From positions 160,001-224,000 of the forward strand of contig CAWGPQ010000008.1 in the NCBI GenBank assembly GCA_963824495.1: a stretch of 64,000 nt of DNA. Reading direction: 5' to 3'. The translations under genes were made by a program, and so were the position numbers. Source of the DNA: an uncultured bacterium. Lineage in GTDB: Bacteria; Babelota; Babeliae; Babelales; Babelaceae. This document shows positions 63,712 to 64,000 of this stretch, one piece after another (position 1 is the first letter of the stretch; every line of letters starts with the position of its first letter). The notes under the pieces were generated by a model. It was given only the letters and a program-made list of their open reading frames with translations. It did not search any database and was not told the origin of the DNA.

Positions 63712-64000
63712 TTACGAAAGCTCATCAGGGACGACTTGAAGACCAACCCCCATTGTAGATGAAATCGTCATCTTTTTAATAAACTTGCCCTTTGATGATG
63801 GTGGCTTTGATGAAAGTAAGGCTTTTAAAAATGCGATAAGATTTTCGTAAAGCTGAGTAGCATCAAATGAAACTTTCCCGAAACGAAAGTGTACACTACC
63901 ACTTTTGTCACTCTTAAAAAATTGACGACCCCTCTTCAAATCAGTAACAATAGGCCCTATATCAAATGTTACCGTACCGGCCTTTTTATTTGGCAAAAGC
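63712..64000 (-). CDS. rplA: 50S ribosomal protein L1, C-terminal part (starts beyond window)
   Basis: PNKKAGTVT, GKVSF, KPPSSKG, SSTMG. Confidence 0.95.
   Translation of the reverse strand, partial: LLPNKKAGTVTFDIGPIVTDLKRGRQFFKSDKSGSVHFRFGKVSFDATQLYENLIAFLKALLSSKPPSSKGKFIKKMTISSTMGVGLQVVPDELS

Overview
Chromosomal window (AT-rich, standard code 11) from a reduced, probably host-associated bacterium. Dense signal-peptide ankyrin genes, HECGH peptidases and overall gene style suggest Candidatus Dependentiae/Babelota (TM6); this is inference, not a database result. Housekeeping blocks: rpsL-rpsG-fusA(partial); rseP-nagZ; rplM; yidC-recR-pepP; murC; ffh-rpsP-khpA-trmD-rplS; hflX; uvrD/pcrA; trpS; cdaA-like/cdaR-like/glmM; rplA(partial)-rplJ-rplL-rpoB-rpoC-tRNA-Val-rpsO-pnp-rph. 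Accessory content: a tandem trio of M48-like peptidases, eight secreted ankyrin genes (two frameshifted), two copies of one IS3-family element, a decayed tnpB element, an ATP-cone/Mrr-like nuclease, and a Hint-domain toxin-immunity pair with both genes inactivated. Best leads: (1) a modular ankyrin effector family with a signal peptide followed by a conserved Met and a shared C-terminal F-box-like cassette; (2) an intact CdaA-like protein lacking both catalytic motifs in a cdaA-cdaR-glmM operon; (3) the doubly inactivated Hint toxin; (4) a secreted J-domain-ankyrin protein; (5) an ATP-cone nuclease beside three 22-bp-phased palindromes.
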